Sequence record: SRR22947727_398
DNA length: 64,000 nucleotides
Strand: one strand, 5' to 3'
In this document: positions 63,194-64,000 of the stretch, in pieces
Position numbering within the stretch: position 1 is the stretch's first letter
Layout: every line of letters begins with the position of its first letter
The notes under the pieces: generated by a model
The model's input: the letters and a program-made list of their open reading frames with translations, nothing else
The model's database searches: none
What the model was told of the DNA's origin: nothing
Made by a program: the position numbers and the translations under genes

Positions 63194-64000
63194 TTAATTT
63201 TCAATTATTGAAATCACTAAACTAGTTAATTCGGATGCTGAATGTGGTCGCGACACCGATTTAGACTGTTCCGAAGCTTTTTTTAACCAGTTAGAATCAT
63301 TCAACCTGAGCTCTAGGATAGTCTTTATTTTTTCAGGTGTAAATTCAGATTCCAAGAGAATATCCGCTGCATTTTTACAGGCCAGTGTTTTCGCATTGTA
63401 TGTTTGGTGATTATCCATAGCAATCGCTAAGGGCACTAAGAGTGAAGGAATTCCCATAGCTGAAATTTCAGAAACAGATGATGCACCAGCACGACTGATT
63501 ATATAATGTGCGTTAGATAAGTGAACTTCTATATCTGAAAAAAATGTCTCACATATTGCTTCGACACCAGCTTGATTATATGCATCGAAAGCTTTTTCTT
63601 TGAAATCTATTTTGGTTTGCTGCACGATCTTCAATTTTTTACGCATATTCTTTGGAAGCTGAGCAATTGCCTCAGGAATCTTAGTACTAAAAATTTTCGC
63701 TCCAAGACTACCGCCTACTATTAAAATATTAATGTTTTCTTCTGGAGCTGTATATTTTTTTGGTATTTGCTTTATTATCTTCTCTCTTAATGGATTACCT
63801 GTGCAAACATGATTGGCTAGAGGAGAAATTTTTTGAAGATCTTCAAAACCTGATGCAACGTATTTCGCTCTCAGGGCAAAAATACGGTTAACCCTGCCAA
63901 GAACAGCATTTTGTTCATGAATTATTATCGGAATATTGAGAAATTGAGCCGCAATTAAAACAGGGAAAGAAGGGTAACCTCCAAATCCAACAACTACGTC
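63194..64000 (-). CDS. murG: undecaprenyldiphospho-muramoylpentapeptide beta-N-acetylglucosaminyltransferase, C-terminal part (truncated by window edge)
   Basis: Frame is open to the window edge: VVGFGGYPS, HEQNAVLGRVN, VGGSLGA, SRAGASS, HQTYNA. Confidence 0.95.
   Translation of the reverse strand, partial: DVVVGFGGYPSFPVLIAAQFLNIPIIIHEQNAVLGRVNRIFALRAKYVASGFEDLQKISPLANHVCTGNPLREKIIKQIPKKYTAPEENINILIVGGSLGAKIFSTKIPEAIAQLPKNMRKKLKIVQQTKIDFKEKAFDAYNQAGVEAICETFFSDIEVHLSNAHYIISRAGASSVSEISAMGIPSLLVPLAIAMDNHQTYNAKTLACKNAADILLESEFTPEKIKTILELRLNDSNWLKKASEQSKSVSRPHSASELTSLVISIIEN

Overview
This is an AT-rich alphaproteobacterial chromosome segment. Gene content (divK, an lmdC-bactofilin pair, a CtrA box at ftsZ) suggests a streamlined Caulobacterales/Hyphomonadales-like lineage, which is an inference. 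It is mostly core genes: anmK/tyrS, an AsmA-like protein, bcp, M23 peptidase-bactofilin, prfB with a programmed +1 frameshift, mrcA, amiC, rne, rplY-pth-ychF, cca, queCE, ruvX-pyrB-pyrC'-plsY, topA-rnr, rpmG, divK, dinB and the end of the dcw cluster (murG to ligA). It also carries a LacI-controlled beta-glucoside/glucose Entner-Doudoroff cluster with three perfect TGACAGCGCTGTCA operators. I saw no rRNA, tRNA, CRISPR array, prophage or IS element. The most unusual feature is PyrB (ATCase), which carries an in-frame N-terminal Cro-like helix-turn-helix domain. Its promoter holds a perfect 19-bp inverted repeat directly after TTGACA, the transcript appears leaderless, and the gene is coupled to a catalytically dead PyrC'. 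This suggests an autoregulatory DNA-binding enzyme controlling pyrimidine biosynthesis.
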